Source: an uncultured virus (IMG/VR IMGVR_UViG_3300021256_000060) (lineage: Duplodnaviria > Heunggongvirae > Uroviricota > Caudoviricetes). Taken from it: a stretch of DNA of 64,000 bases. Both the position numbers and the translations under genes were made by a program. Below the pieces are notes generated by a model that was not told the DNA's origin, searched no databases, and worked only from the letters and a program-made list of their open reading frames with translations. The DNA lies in IMG/VR virus record IMGVR_UViG_3300021256_000060. One strand, 5' to 3'. Positions 19,755-29,407 of this stretch are shown in pieces. The first letter of the stretch is position 1; every line of letters starts with the position of its first letter.

Positions 19755-20504
19755 ATGTATTTTAGTGCTAATTATCCGGATATATTGATTAGTGATATGG
19801 ATTCTAATCCTAGGATTAGTAACGCGACTGGTGAGTATTCGATTACGATGTGTCTCAGTAAAGAGAATAGATATGATTATGATGAGTATGAGAAGTTCTT
19901 AAAAAAGGCTGTTGCCAATTTCCGTTCATCTCCTACTTATAAACACTATAAGAGTTATCTATATAGCTTAGGAATTAATTGTTGCCAATTCCACCCATAT
20001 ATCCAGAATACAGAAGAATATGAGATGGCTTCTTTAGAAATGCATCACTGCATGTTTAATATATTCGATATAGCCATTATGATTACTGAGAATGCTCTCA
20101 ATACTGTTGGATTCATTACCGAATTCCAGCTTGTAAAATTAATAAAGCAGGAACACATCAATAACCGGGTACCTGTAGTTATGCTATGTAAATCGTGTCA
20201 CCAAAAATATCATCATAAAGGATTATATGTTCATCCTGAACAGATCTTTGGTAAGTGGTGGGAAATGATTGAGAAGTATCAAGCAGGTATGACTGGTGAG
20301 ATAATGGAGAAAATAATCCGTTATCTAAATCGTGGTCTTGGAGAGAAATTCAAATATAGACTAGAAGATAGAGATCGTCTATTAGCTCTCCGAGATAATA
20401 TTAATATACTTGCTGGAACTGGAGGGTTATTATTAGATGGGCACTCGAATCCTTACGAAATGGAAGAATACGCTAACGACGTCGATCCGCCAACTACCAT
20501 CTAA
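19755..20504 (+). CDS. HNH-like zinc-binding protein
   Basis: CCQFH...LEMHH...VMLCKSCHQKYH; late promoter 19721. Confidence 0.6.
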   Translation: MYFSANYPDILISDMDSNPRISNATGEYSITMCLSKENRYDYDEYEKFLKKAVANFRSSPTYKHYKSYLYSLGINCCQFHPYIQNTEEYEMASLEMHHCMFNIFDIAIMITENALNTVGFITEFQLVKLIKQEHINNRVPVVMLCKSCHQKYHHKGLYVHPEQIFGKWWEMIEKYQAGMTGEIMEKIIRYLNRGLGEKFKYRLEDRDRLLALRDNINILAGTGGLLLDGHSNPYEMEEYANDVDPPTTI

Positions 20505-21006
20505 CGTAGAAAATCATATTGGATGGTATACTGGAGTAGTATCTCTAATTACTGGTATTGCTCTTAAGATGCCTATGGAAACTGCAGTAGCTGGAGGTAT
20601 ATTATACTCCATGGTGCTAGCAAAAAAATATATAGACCATAGGATTGTGAAAGAAAGGCTAGATACTATAGAGATAGATAGACTCATGTTACCAGACGAT
20701 AATCCTCTGAGAACACAAAAGTCTGTATCTGATATTATCGGTAACTATGTAGAAGATTGTTTTGATAGGGACGTTCTCTTCTTCAATGTGTTAAAGGATG
20801 ATGATTATGTAGATTCTCCTACAGAGAAGAGGTTGTTAAATGAACTAATAGAGAGTGTCTCTTCTAATATGAGTAGAGAGTTAAGAGATAAGTTATCACT
20901 GTACTATGGTAACAGCCTAGACAAAGTCATAGGAAGAAAGTGTCTAGCTACTGTATCTCTCTATGTTGCCAAGCATAATCATAGATTATATGACGGAAGT
21001 AAATAA
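20437..21006 (+). CDS. membrane-anchored late protein
   Basis: N-terminal hydrophobic hairpin; terminator 21008-21038. Confidence 0.65.
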   Translation: MGTRILTKWKNTLTTSIRQLPSNVENHIGWYTGVVSLITGIALKMPMETAVAGGILYSMVLAKKYIDHRIVKERLDTIEIDRLMLPDDNPLRTQKSVSDIIGNYVEDCFDRDVLFFNVLKDDDYVDSPTEKRLLNELIESVSSNMSRELRDKLSLYYGNSLDKVIGRKCLATVSLYVAKHNHRLYDGSK

Positions 21007-21053
21007 AAAAAGAGTGGGGTTATTATAACCCCACTCTTAAATGTGCGTAAATA

Positions 21054-21251
21054 TTACTTCTGTCTAGACGTATACCATGAGTTGATGTTCTTCATCAGTC
21101 CATCTGCGCTGATAATAACACCGCAGGTCATACCTATGAGGCCTACGACTTGGATTCCCTTATTGTATCCAGAATTGGGATCCATCACCCAATTCGGCAT
21201 AAGGTTTTTGACCTTTACCTGCGGTACCTGCTGATTGTTGTTACCAAACAT
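21054..21251 (-). CDS. small N/Q-rich membrane protein
   Basis: MFGNNNQQVPQ... plus one TM segment; AAGGTGG RBS. Confidence 0.65.
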   Translation of the reverse strand: MFGNNNQQVPQVKVKNLMPNWVMDPNSGYNKGIQVVGLIGMTCGVIISADGLMKNINSWYTSRQK

Positions 21252-21252
21252 A

Positions 21253-21396
21253 TTATTTACCACCTTTCATTATATCCTGGGTATATACCCAGAAATCGTC
21301 TTGCAACGCCTTTTCAGCGTCCTGAATCCGCTGAATCAGTTGCTCGATTAGTAACTTTCTCTCGTAGTCGTAGAGATCGGTTCCAGCCTTACCCAT
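21253..21396 (-). CDS. 47-aa hypothetical protein (or 3' half of a frameshifted gene starting 21463)
   Basis: MGKAGTDLYDYERKLLIEQLIQ...; overlaps stop of 24-aa RBS-led ORF 21389-21463. Confidence 0.5.
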   Translation of the reverse strand: MGKAGTDLYDYERKLLIEQLIQRIQDAEKALQDDFWVYTQDIMKGGK

Positions 21397-21465
21397 CTTG
21401 AATAAGCTGTATCCTCTTCTCTATATTACTTATTAGCTCCTTATAGAACTCCCTATTGACCATAA

Positions 21466-21819
21466 TCATACCTCCTCAGTATACACATATACACCCTTTC
21501 CCAACTTCCAGGTGTATTGATATCCTTCTCTTATCCTCCTTTTAAGATCTTCTAAGTCTTCCTTTACATGTTCCTCAATTGCCTTCTTCGTCATTTCAGA
21601 GAATCCATGTAGTATTGAATGTTTATATATAGTAACTAACTTTGGACCATTCTTCTCAAATAGCTCATCATCAGTTTCTACCACCCAATACATCCGTTTT
21701 CCTACATATAACTTCTTCCCATTAAACATCCCCTTATTTAAGAATTCTTTCATTTTGTATTGAGCATTCATGTAGTCTATACCCAATTTGGTACATGCAT
21801 CTTTGACTGTCAATAACAT
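21466..21819 (-). CDS. putative DNA-binding protein (N-terminal excisionase/HTH-like)
   Basis: MLLTVKDACTKLGI...; early promoter 21877. Confidence 0.5.
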   Translation of the reverse strand: MLLTVKDACTKLGIDYMNAQYKMKEFLNKGMFNGKKLYVGKRMYWVVETDDELFEKNGPKLVTIYKHSILHGFSEMTKKAIEEHVKEDLEDLKRRIREGYQYTWKLGKGVYVYTEEV

Positions 21820-21935
21820 AAAATTACCTCCTTTTGCTATTACCTAAACCAATAGTAGCTATATTTACTACTATCTCATCTATATAATATATTAATAAAA
21901 AAGAACCGATTAACAAACAGATACCCTAGGACCTA

Positions 21936-22769
21936 TTATGTCCTAGGGTTCTTTATTTGTCTAAAATACTCTTTCATTAAAATCTTATAAAATAGCCGTA
22001 TTATAGAGCTATTGTGATATATATCTACAGTGTTGATATCAGCTCCTATATCACTATAGTATATATAATTTGGTGTAGATGCTACCTTATATCTATTACC
22101 ACTATTGAACTCTCTATAATACTGTAATGGTAATTCCCTATTAATGTATTTTATATAGGTTTCTTTAATCATATTTAAGCTATCTAATATACCATATCTC
22201 TGAATGGAATATGCTATTGCTAACAAGAAGTCTAGAAAATATCCACTATGAGTAGCTTCTATTTTCTCTTGATTGATATTCTTCAATCTATATTTTTCTT
22301 GTATCCCATCAGAATAATACAGGAAGTCTATTTCATTTATTCTATATAGGGAAGTATATCTATTTTTTATTCTGAAATTGAGATATGGGTTTATCTTCCC
22401 ACTAATATATCCAGCTCTTTTATCATTCCAAGAGTGTACTGTAGTTATAGAGTCATTATCTATATACAATACATTCTCTTTGTCTATACTATTGATATCA
22501 AAAAATAGTTGTCTAGCTCTAACAATTCCTTCTTGATACCCAGCCTCTATATTAGGATTGTCTCTTCTCAGACAACCAATAGACACTTCTCTTTCCTGTT
22601 TGGGCATAACTAGATATTTCTGATATTGATCTTCTGTAATCAGGTTTAGGGATCTTAGTATACTAATATTAGCCTTGGCTAGATCCCATTCCTGAATATT
22701 CATATTAATTAACCATTCATAGGGAGCTACGTAACGGGCTTTCTCATATATATTAGTCATAAGAGCCAT
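21936..22769 (-). CDS. family-B DNA polymerase palm-like protein (split polymerase subunit)
   Basis: Motif A-like IQEWDLAKANISIL and motif C-like VLYIDNDSI. Confidence 0.55.
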   Translation of the reverse strand: MALMTNIYEKARYVAPYEWLINMNIQEWDLAKANISILRSLNLITEDQYQKYLVMPKQEREVSIGCLRRDNPNIEAGYQEGIVRARQLFFDINSIDKENVLYIDNDSITTVHSWNDKRAGYISGKINPYLNFRIKNRYTSLYRINEIDFLYYSDGIQEKYRLKNINQEKIEATHSGYFLDFLLAIAYSIQRYGILDSLNMIKETYIKYINRELPLQYYREFNSGNRYKVASTPNYIYYSDIGADINTVDIYHNSSIIRLFYKILMKEYFRQIKNPRT

Positions 22770-22792
22770 TACTACTCACCTACCCATATAGA

Positions 22793-23407
22793 TTAGTTTG
22801 GAACTTGTTGTGTTACCAATGGAGCTTCACTCTGCATACTCTCATACATACACTCCATATCTTCTTTAATCTCTTCTTGAGTTGCTCCACCAATATTCTG
22901 TTTAGTAAGCTTAGCAAATCTCTCTACATCGCTAGCATATGTTAACTGATGGGCATAACTACCAAACTCGTTATATTTCAGATGAATAGATTCCAAATCT
23001 TCTACAGTATTTACTATAAAGGCATTGATCCCATATCTTTGTTGTATTAGTTTCAATAGACTATCTATAATGGGCATAAGAGTAGGAGAGTTGTAATTAC
23101 TAATAACTATAGTATCCTCTTCATCAATCACTTTACTCATAATACTCATAAAGGCAATGAATGCTTCATCATTCCCTAAGATGTACTGAGCATATTTCTG
23201 ATCAAACTGAATACTATTAGTATCTCCAGTCTCATCTTCTTTCAGATATTCTAAAAAGTCATTCAATGGTGCCAACTTATCCAATCTATATCCATAGTCC
23301 AGTATGCTGAACACATTGAATGGTTTCTTATCGTCTGCTACTGCTTTAGTAGTAATCCATTCAACCAATCTAGGGTCATTTTGTGGGTCCACAATAATTA
23401 ATCTCAT
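22793..23407 (-). CDS. hypothetical protein, possibly DUF488-like fold
   Basis: LAP...FDQKYAQYI pattern; resembles 26017-26877. Confidence 0.6.
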   Translation of the reverse strand: MRLIIVDPQNDPRLVEWITTKAVADDKKPFNVFSILDYGYRLDKLAPLNDFLEYLKEDETGDTNSIQFDQKYAQYILGNDEAFIAFMSIMSKVIDEEDTIVISNYNSPTLMPIIDSLLKLIQQRYGINAFIVNTVEDLESIHLKYNEFGSYAHQLTYASDVERFAKLTKQNIGGATQEEIKEDMECMYESMQSEAPLVTQQVPN

Positions 23408-23512
23408 TTACTTATCCCTCCTAAAAATAAATAACGATAGATAGTAGAGTTCATATTAACAGTTTATTATTTCCTCTCCCTATCATTTCTATAATATATG
23501 GTTGAAAGTTAT

Positions 23513-24205
23513 TTAAGAATCTATTAAATATGGATTAGATACTACGACACAATCTCCAGTGACTATATTGGAATACACATCTTCTATCTCTTTAGTTACA
23601 TCGAATCTAACTCCATAAATATATATCTTATCATTTGTATACGTTCTAATTGGAGTATGTTCGCTTGTTTTAAATAACTCATATGCTTCTTTATTATTGG
23701 TGCTTAAGACAATACAAGAGGTCCTATCTACATTATTGACTTCGATAAATTTATTATCTTTATTTAGTTTAATAACAAAGGAAGCATTAGCATTAAAATC
23801 TATACAGTATAACTCATCGTTCTGTTTTTCATGTAATAACCTCATCATCTCATCCATCTCTTCACTACGAGTGTCTACACTATCTTTAAGATTATCAAAG
23901 AATCCAAGTTCTCTAGACTTCTTAAAGCAGTTTATATAGTTGAAGAAACATTGCATGCATGATCCTAAATGGTTCTTACTCTTATTATCTCTAATACCAT
24001 CCATAGCATTTATGAGAAAAGGGAATTCTTCTCTTATTACTTTACTATTATGAATATATTCATTAAACTGATCAAAGTCTTTAGTTTGGCTATGAAGATT
24101 ATTATATATCCATATCAATGAAAATGATAAACTGTTATTGATCAGCCTACCTATTATCTCCCTTTCTATTCTAGGATCCATAGAGATAACTTTCTTATTG
24201 CTCAT
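23513..24205 (-). CDS. hypothetical protein
   Basis: GGGAGGGG RBS before MSNKK at 24205; ORF-track extension crosses a terminator. Confidence 0.7.
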   Translation of the reverse strand: MSNKKVISMDPRIEREIIGRLINNSLSFSLIWIYNNLHSQTKDFDQFNEYIHNSKVIREEFPFLINAMDGIRDNKSKNHLGSCMQCFFNYINCFKKSRELGFFDNLKDSVDTRSEEMDEMMRLLHEKQNDELYCIDFNANASFVIKLNKDNKFIEVNNVDRTSCIVLSTNNKEAYELFKTSEHTPIRTYTNDKIYIYGVRFDVTKEIEDVYSNIVTGDCVVVSNPYLIDS

Positions 24206-24290
24206 ATTATCCCCTCCCAACTTAATACTTATTAAGTTGTTTAGGACAAAAAAGAAAGGTAGGTCCACATAAGGACCTACCCCTCTTATA

Positions 24291-25280
24291 TTATTCATCA
24301 TACAGTATAGGAATAATATCCCCAGTTCTAGGATTCTTATATTCTATCACTATACCATTACCAGTATTATAAGCAGCTTCAGGGATACAATCAATCCCAT
24401 CATGATCAGTTACTGGAGGTACCTTCTTAAGTATAGCAGGACTAGTAGTCTTACCTACTGGAATACCAGTACGTTCTGCTGGAGATTCCTGTAACATCTC
24501 TTCATTTACTTCTCTAGGAGAGATCTTCTTATCATTTCTTACCCAATTCCAGGTCTCATCAAAGTATCCTCTATTCTCAGTAGAATAGTATTGTCTGGGG
24601 TTAGCTTCCATACTTAGTATACCATTCTTCTGGTCTTCTTCTGGAATAGTATCCTGCATAAAACCAGTATGATGAATGAGATAATCATTCTCAAACGGTC
24701 TTCTCATAGCATTAAGAGCTCTCTCTTGGTTAACTTTAGAATCACCAATAAGAGTATCAGCATAGTTGGGAGGAAATGCCTGGATGGAAGTTACATTAGC
24801 TCCTGCCCATCTCTGGATATTATTATACTCATTAATACCATAGTAGCAGAGAACATCTACTTCTCTTCTGCTGGTTGGTAATCTAAGGGCATTCATATCC
24901 TCAGTATCTGTCTTTCTACCAGCAAAGTCATAGAACTGGTCCATTATATACGAATCGGGATATTTATAAGACATAGAGTATACCAACACATAGTCATCCA
25001 TTGCTACGATCTCACAGATCATGAAGTTGCTCTCTGGATCAAAGGTATCTGGCATTCCGCTAATTCTAGGTCTCAGATGAGAGATGAATCTCATGGTGTT
25101 ATTCAGCATAACGTGATTTCCAACTATTGCTAATACTCCTACGACTGGTACGAATTGAGGAGCTGGATTCTGCTCAATCAAACCATTTCTGTTAATATGA
25201 TATGTAGGGCTAACTACATATAACCCACTATTTTTCTTCAATAGTTGTACTGCTCTCTCACTAGCATTTACTAATATCAT
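24291..25280 (-). CDS. hypothetical protein
   Basis: 329-aa ORF with RBS. Confidence 0.8.
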   Translation of the reverse strand: MILVNASERAVQLLKKNSGLYVVSPTYHINRNGLIEQNPAPQFVPVVGVLAIVGNHVMLNNTMRFISHLRPRISGMPDTFDPESNFMICEIVAMDDYVLVYSMSYKYPDSYIMDQFYDFAGRKTDTEDMNALRLPTSRREVDVLCYYGINEYNNIQRWAGANVTSIQAFPPNYADTLIGDSKVNQERALNAMRRPFENDYLIHHTGFMQDTIPEEDQKNGILSMEANPRQYYSTENRGYFDETWNWVRNDKKISPREVNEEMLQESPAERTGIPVGKTTSPAILKKVPPVTDHDGIDCIPEAAYNTGNGIVIEYKNPRTGDIIPILYDE

Positions 25281-25438
25281 TTTCTACACTCCTTTATAGC
25301 CTTTTCCAATTTAACCTTAACTATTTCAATAGAGTCATTCATCCAATCAATCTGACCACTATTAGGAATCTTATCCCAATCTACTTTACGTGCTTGATAA
25401 CGAAGCTCTTCCAGCTTCATGTCCTTAATGGGTTTCAT
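25277..25438 (-). CDS. 53-aa hypothetical protein (below ORF-track cutoff)
   Basis: MKPIKDMKLEELRYQARKVDWDKIP...; ATGA overlap with next gene. Confidence 0.65.
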   Translation of the reverse strand: MKPIKDMKLEELRYQARKVDWDKIPNSGQIDWMNDSIEIVKVKLEKAIKECRK

Positions 25439-25985
25439 TAGAATTTCCTTCTTCCTTATCTACTGTATTTTTCTTAAGAGCTTTATTGAAGTCTGTAGAC
25501 TTTATCTCAGCTATCTCGTTTCTTACAAGAGTGAGCTGTTTGATCATATCTTGAAGAGAAGTGAAAAGATAACCAGTGTCTTTATGAACTTGCTTATCAT
25601 AATCCTCTAGGAATATCTTATATGCTTCAACCATCTTAGGACTCTTATTCAATAAGTCTATAACCGAGTTTAGATAGTTTATACAACCAGCATGATCATA
25701 CACTTCTGCTTTGCAATGAGAACATCTAGCATAGTAATCATTAATACTATTTCCTCCCTTAGATTTAATCAGACCTAAATGAGGACACTCATGCTGATAA
25801 CATGCCTTGATACATACCTTTTCTCTCTTCTTATCTACCAATTCATGTTCTAGTGTCTTCTCTTTAGAACACGCTAACTCATAATCCTTACGAAGCTTTT
25901 TCATCTTGTCAGATTCTGTAAAGCCCATAGTCTTCCATATATTACTCACCTTATTAAAGAAACTCATAACCTCTCCTCCTAACAA
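25425..25985 (-). CDS. coiled-coil protein with zinc-binding insert
   Basis: ECPH...RCSHC; start likely MSFFNK. Confidence 0.7.
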   Translation of the reverse strand: MLGGEVMSFFNKVSNIWKTMGFTESDKMKKLRKDYELACSKEKTLEHELVDKKREKVCIKACYQHECPHLGLIKSKGGNSINDYYARCSHCKAEVYDHAGCINYLNSVIDLLNKSPKMVEAYKIFLEDYDKQVHKDTGYLFTSLQDMIKQLTLVRNEIAEIKSTDFNKALKKNTVDKEEGNSNETH

Positions 25986-26016
25986 GAAAAAAGAGAGACC
26001 GGAGTCTCTCTTTTAT

Positions 26017-26877
26017 TTATTTTGCTGCAGGTAATTGACCTGCAAACTGTGGAGCTGATATCTCTGCCATGGTCTTCTTACCGAACCTAGCATTACTATC
26101 TTCCACTATAGCTCTAACCTGCTTCTGTCGAGCTTCATCCAGCTTAGCTGTCATATTCACTACTGGGCATATTCTGCCTGTCTGCGCTTGGAATCTATAA
26201 GTAGCGATAATATTACAAGCAGCTGTGATTGCTGCTTGCATAGTAGGAAATACACAGTTATAGTCAGACAATAGTATGCTTACTGATCTGCTGGATGGTA
26301 TTGCATTTTCAGGGAGTATAGTTGCATACTCCTCTTTGCTAATATAGGCATTGGTGAACAACATTTCAGCTATTCTCCAAATGAACCTAGGCTCAGGAAT
26401 AAAGCCAGGTTGTACACTAGGATCATCCATGAAGAGATTGGAATAGTTGGCTACAATAATCCCAAATTCGTTAGCCATTAGTTTGACCAACACCTCTAGT
26501 GGATAGAACTGCTGCTCAACGTCTGATTCAGCAAAGAATAGAATCGGCTTATTAGTCTTATACAGACTAGCCAATATATTCACTACGCTGTCCTCTTTCT
26601 CTGGAGATCTTAGATAATCGTAATATACTGCTAGATATTGGTTCTGTATAGCTGGGAAATTAGGATCATTCAGTTCTGTATTGAGGATGGAATAACATAA
26701 GCTAACAGGTGGCATTAAACCAGACATGACAACACAGCCCTGGTAGAGCTGTGAGTCACATACGTCTGCTATTACTACTACATTAAACCCTCTCATCATT
26801 GCGTCTGGAATTGCATTCGTGTCAGTGGTCCAATACGCATAACTCTTCAGAAATGATCCTTTATTTGGCTGTGCCAT
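26017..26877 (-). CDS. hypothetical protein
   Basis: 286 aa, GAGGAGG RBS. Confidence 0.8.
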   Translation of the reverse strand: MAQPNKGSFLKSYAYWTTDTNAIPDAMMRGFNVVVIADVCDSQLYQGCVVMSGLMPPVSLCYSILNTELNDPNFPAIQNQYLAVYYDYLRSPEKEDSVVNILASLYKTNKPILFFAESDVEQQFYPLEVLVKLMANEFGIIVANYSNLFMDDPSVQPGFIPEPRFIWRIAEMLFTNAYISKEEYATILPENAIPSSRSVSILLSDYNCVFPTMQAAITAACNIIATYRFQAQTGRICPVVNMTAKLDEARQKQVRAIVEDSNARFGKKTMAEISAPQFAGQLPAAK

Positions 26878-26891
26878 TTTGGATCCTCCTC

Positions 26892-29393
26892 TTACAACTG
26901 AGACTCTACCGTCTCTTCCTTACTATCTTCTTTTTCAGTATTCGGATTTATAGTAATATGGTCATTGACGTACTCTGTCAATATATTGAACATTAGTGCT
27001 ACATTGATTTTGTCCTTATAACGATCCCTCAGTCTACAATACAAGAACGCGTGAACTGAAGAGGATACGTCCTCTACAGTTTTGCACTGAGATGCATCGA
27101 AATCCTTAACAGACTCATTCAGATAATCGAGAATCTCTTTTCTGAATTCATCGGTGATCTCTGTTGGAACTTCATTAGCTACTTCCTCTGTGGAAATATC
27201 CTTCTCAATCATCTCATCTACTCCTTTATTATCAGGATAGATGATGGTACTAAATACCGGAGACTGATTATTGGTTACAGATATCTTGAAGCAATCAGCA
27301 TTCTTGTGGTCAGCGGTTCTCTGAATGCTTACTTCGATACCCTCTGTTCCAGTTCCCATGATCTCAGCGACTTCCTCTTGGCACCACTCTTTGACATCTT
27401 TCTCCATCTTCTTAATCTGAGATTCTGTATCCTTGATATCGAGACGGAATTTATCAAAGCGAGCAGTAACCATACTTTTGATCTTCGGGATTTCCTGCTT
27501 GAAACGGATAGTCTCTACTACAGGAACTCCTGGGAAACCTAATACAGCAGACTCATTATTTTTCTTAGCCTCTTCTGCTTCTATTTCCTCCGGAGTTTTA
27601 GGCCTCATAGGAAATAATCCTGTTTTCTGGACCTCTGCCTCCTTTATAGGTACGTCCTCCTTGGTTTCAGTTTCGACACTTCCTTCTATAGGAGTACGGG
27701 ACATCCACTTCTCTGGAGATACGCTCTTATTAGATGGAGGAGGGATAATAATATCCACAGGATCTTTTCTAGCCATTGTACTAATAGTAGGATTATCCAT
27801 GTGCTGTTTAATGATATCTTCCTTATGGATAATCTTAGGTTCTACGATTGGTGCTACACTATCTGCTTTCTTAAGAATCTCTTTAGCAGTGGCTTCCCTT
27901 TCAGCCTTTTCTTTAGCTTGAGCCTCCATTTTATTTATATGATTGACTTGAGCTACTTCTTTCTTTTTCAACCACTCTTCTCTTGGAAGATATTCTACTT
28001 CTATTTTATCTGCCAAAAGAAGGGCAGTAGAAGCACCAAACTTCTCTTCCATTGAAGACAACCACTGCATGATATGATTCTTTATCAGCGATGGATAGCT
28101 ACAGTACCTTTTACCATTTTTGAAGAAGTGCTCAAACTCCTTAACAGCGCCAACAGTATTGATCGGAGTAGAATCTTTTTTCCCACTCTTTACGATCTCC
28201 ATAAACTTTTCTTTAGAGATCTGGATCCGCTTTCTACCATTGGCATCTATTTGGAGAGCTGGTTCGTATGGTTCATCTGCTACCACTTCCTTCTTAGGAG
28301 GTACTGTATTTATTATAGGCTCCTTTTTAGGAACTTCAGGTCTTTGAATATTATCATACATCTTTACTGCATCATTCTCAACCTGAGGAGGAAGAACTAT
28401 TCCAGTAGCTTTTGCTTCTTCTACGATACGATTATGAGAGGTTACTATGGTCTCCTTCTTTGTTATCGGCTCTTGTACTTTAGTCTCTTCCGCATATAGT
28501 CTATCAACTATAGTATTACCTCTCTTGATATTCACCTTAAAATTAGTATTAATCATGCCCATTATTCTACCCCTTTCTGTTTCTATAGGCGTAATTGCGT
28601 GTACAGGATCTTTGTCCTCTAGATACTTGGCTGAATATCGTACTCCACATTTAGTACAAATCAGCTCGTTCATTCCCTTATTGTAATTATAGTCTATCTC
28701 TCCTCCACAGATCTCATGAGTAATCGGATCTGGATGGCAGCATTTTAGTTTATGATAGTCTACTTTACACACATATGGGAAATCCCAAATTATAGGACCA
28801 AATCCCATCCTGATACCAAAGTTCTTATAATAATTGCTACCAGCATCTTCCATGACATATCCTCTTTGGAGAAGGATCATGAATATCTCAAAGATGTCTT
28901 TATAATACACCTTCTTATATTCATGCTCAGTCATTGGTTCTCCTCTCTCCATAAGAGATACGACACCATCACCATCTATCCAAAATACTTTTGGACAAAA
29001 TGGCTTCAGTATATGCTGAGTATATTCAAACTCACTTTTGTTATCTTTGATACCAACGTCATCAGAACCTATTTTTAATACTATATTAGGATCGTAATCA
29101 TAATAGAATGTTCTTCGATTGGTACCACTAGCCAATTCTTTGAATCCAAATGGTTTCAATAATTCATTAGTGAGTTCAAACTTTTTGACTGGATTATTCG
29201 CTAATCTTGGAGATCTAGCATAATCCCACAATCTTTGAATAACCCAGTCTGGGATATAAGATCTTATAGGTGGTCTACTCAATAAATTCCAATACTTAGT
29301 AGGATCAGTAGATTGGTTGGCAGCTATTCTACCACTAATCCTGAAGATATCGGATTGTTGGTTTATTACGCCGTTCCTCTCTTTAATATTCAC
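26892..29393 (-). CDS. protein kinase-like domain, Zn ribbon and long charged region
   Basis: Gly-loop ASGTNR, VLKIG, DNKSE, ED...KNFG, IIWDF; CGG...CTKCG. Confidence 0.65.
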   Translation of the reverse strand: MNIKERNGVINQQSDIFRISGRIAANQSTDPTKYWNLLSRPPIRSYIPDWVIQRLWDYARSPRLANNPVKKFELTNELLKPFGFKELASGTNRRTFYYDYDPNIVLKIGSDDVGIKDNKSEFEYTQHILKPFCPKVFWIDGDGVVSLMERGEPMTEHEYKKVYYKDIFEIFMILLQRGYVMEDAGSNYYKNFGIRMGFGPIIWDFPYVCKVDYHKLKCCHPDPITHEICGGEIDYNYNKGMNELICTKCGVRYSAKYLEDKDPVHAITPIETERGRIMGMINTNFKVNIKRGNTIVDRLYAEETKVQEPITKKETIVTSHNRIVEEAKATGIVLPPQVENDAVKMYDNIQRPEVPKKEPIINTVPPKKEVVADEPYEPALQIDANGRKRIQISKEKFMEIVKSGKKDSTPINTVGAVKEFEHFFKNGKRYCSYPSLIKNHIMQWLSSMEEKFGASTALLLADKIEVEYLPREEWLKKKEVAQVNHINKMEAQAKEKAEREATAKEILKKADSVAPIVEPKIIHKEDIIKQHMDNPTISTMARKDPVDIIIPPPSNKSVSPEKWMSRTPIEGSVETETKEDVPIKEAEVQKTGLFPMRPKTPEEIEAEEAKKNNESAVLGFPGVPVVETIRFKQEIPKIKSMVTARFDKFRLDIKDTESQIKKMEKDVKEWCQEEVAEIMGTGTEGIEVSIQRTADHKNADCFKISVTNNQSPVFSTIIYPDNKGVDEMIEKDISTEEVANEVPTEITDEFRKEILDYLNESVKDFDASQCKTVEDVSSSVHAFLYCRLRDRYKDKINVALMFNILTEYVNDHITINPNTEKEDSKEETVESQL

Positions 29394-29407
29394 TAGTATT
29401 CACCTAC

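Noticed and set aside
19755..20504. HNH-like protein as mobility factor for the intron
   Set aside because: It lies 16 kb away under a late promoter, and group II mobility needs an RT; no link is visible
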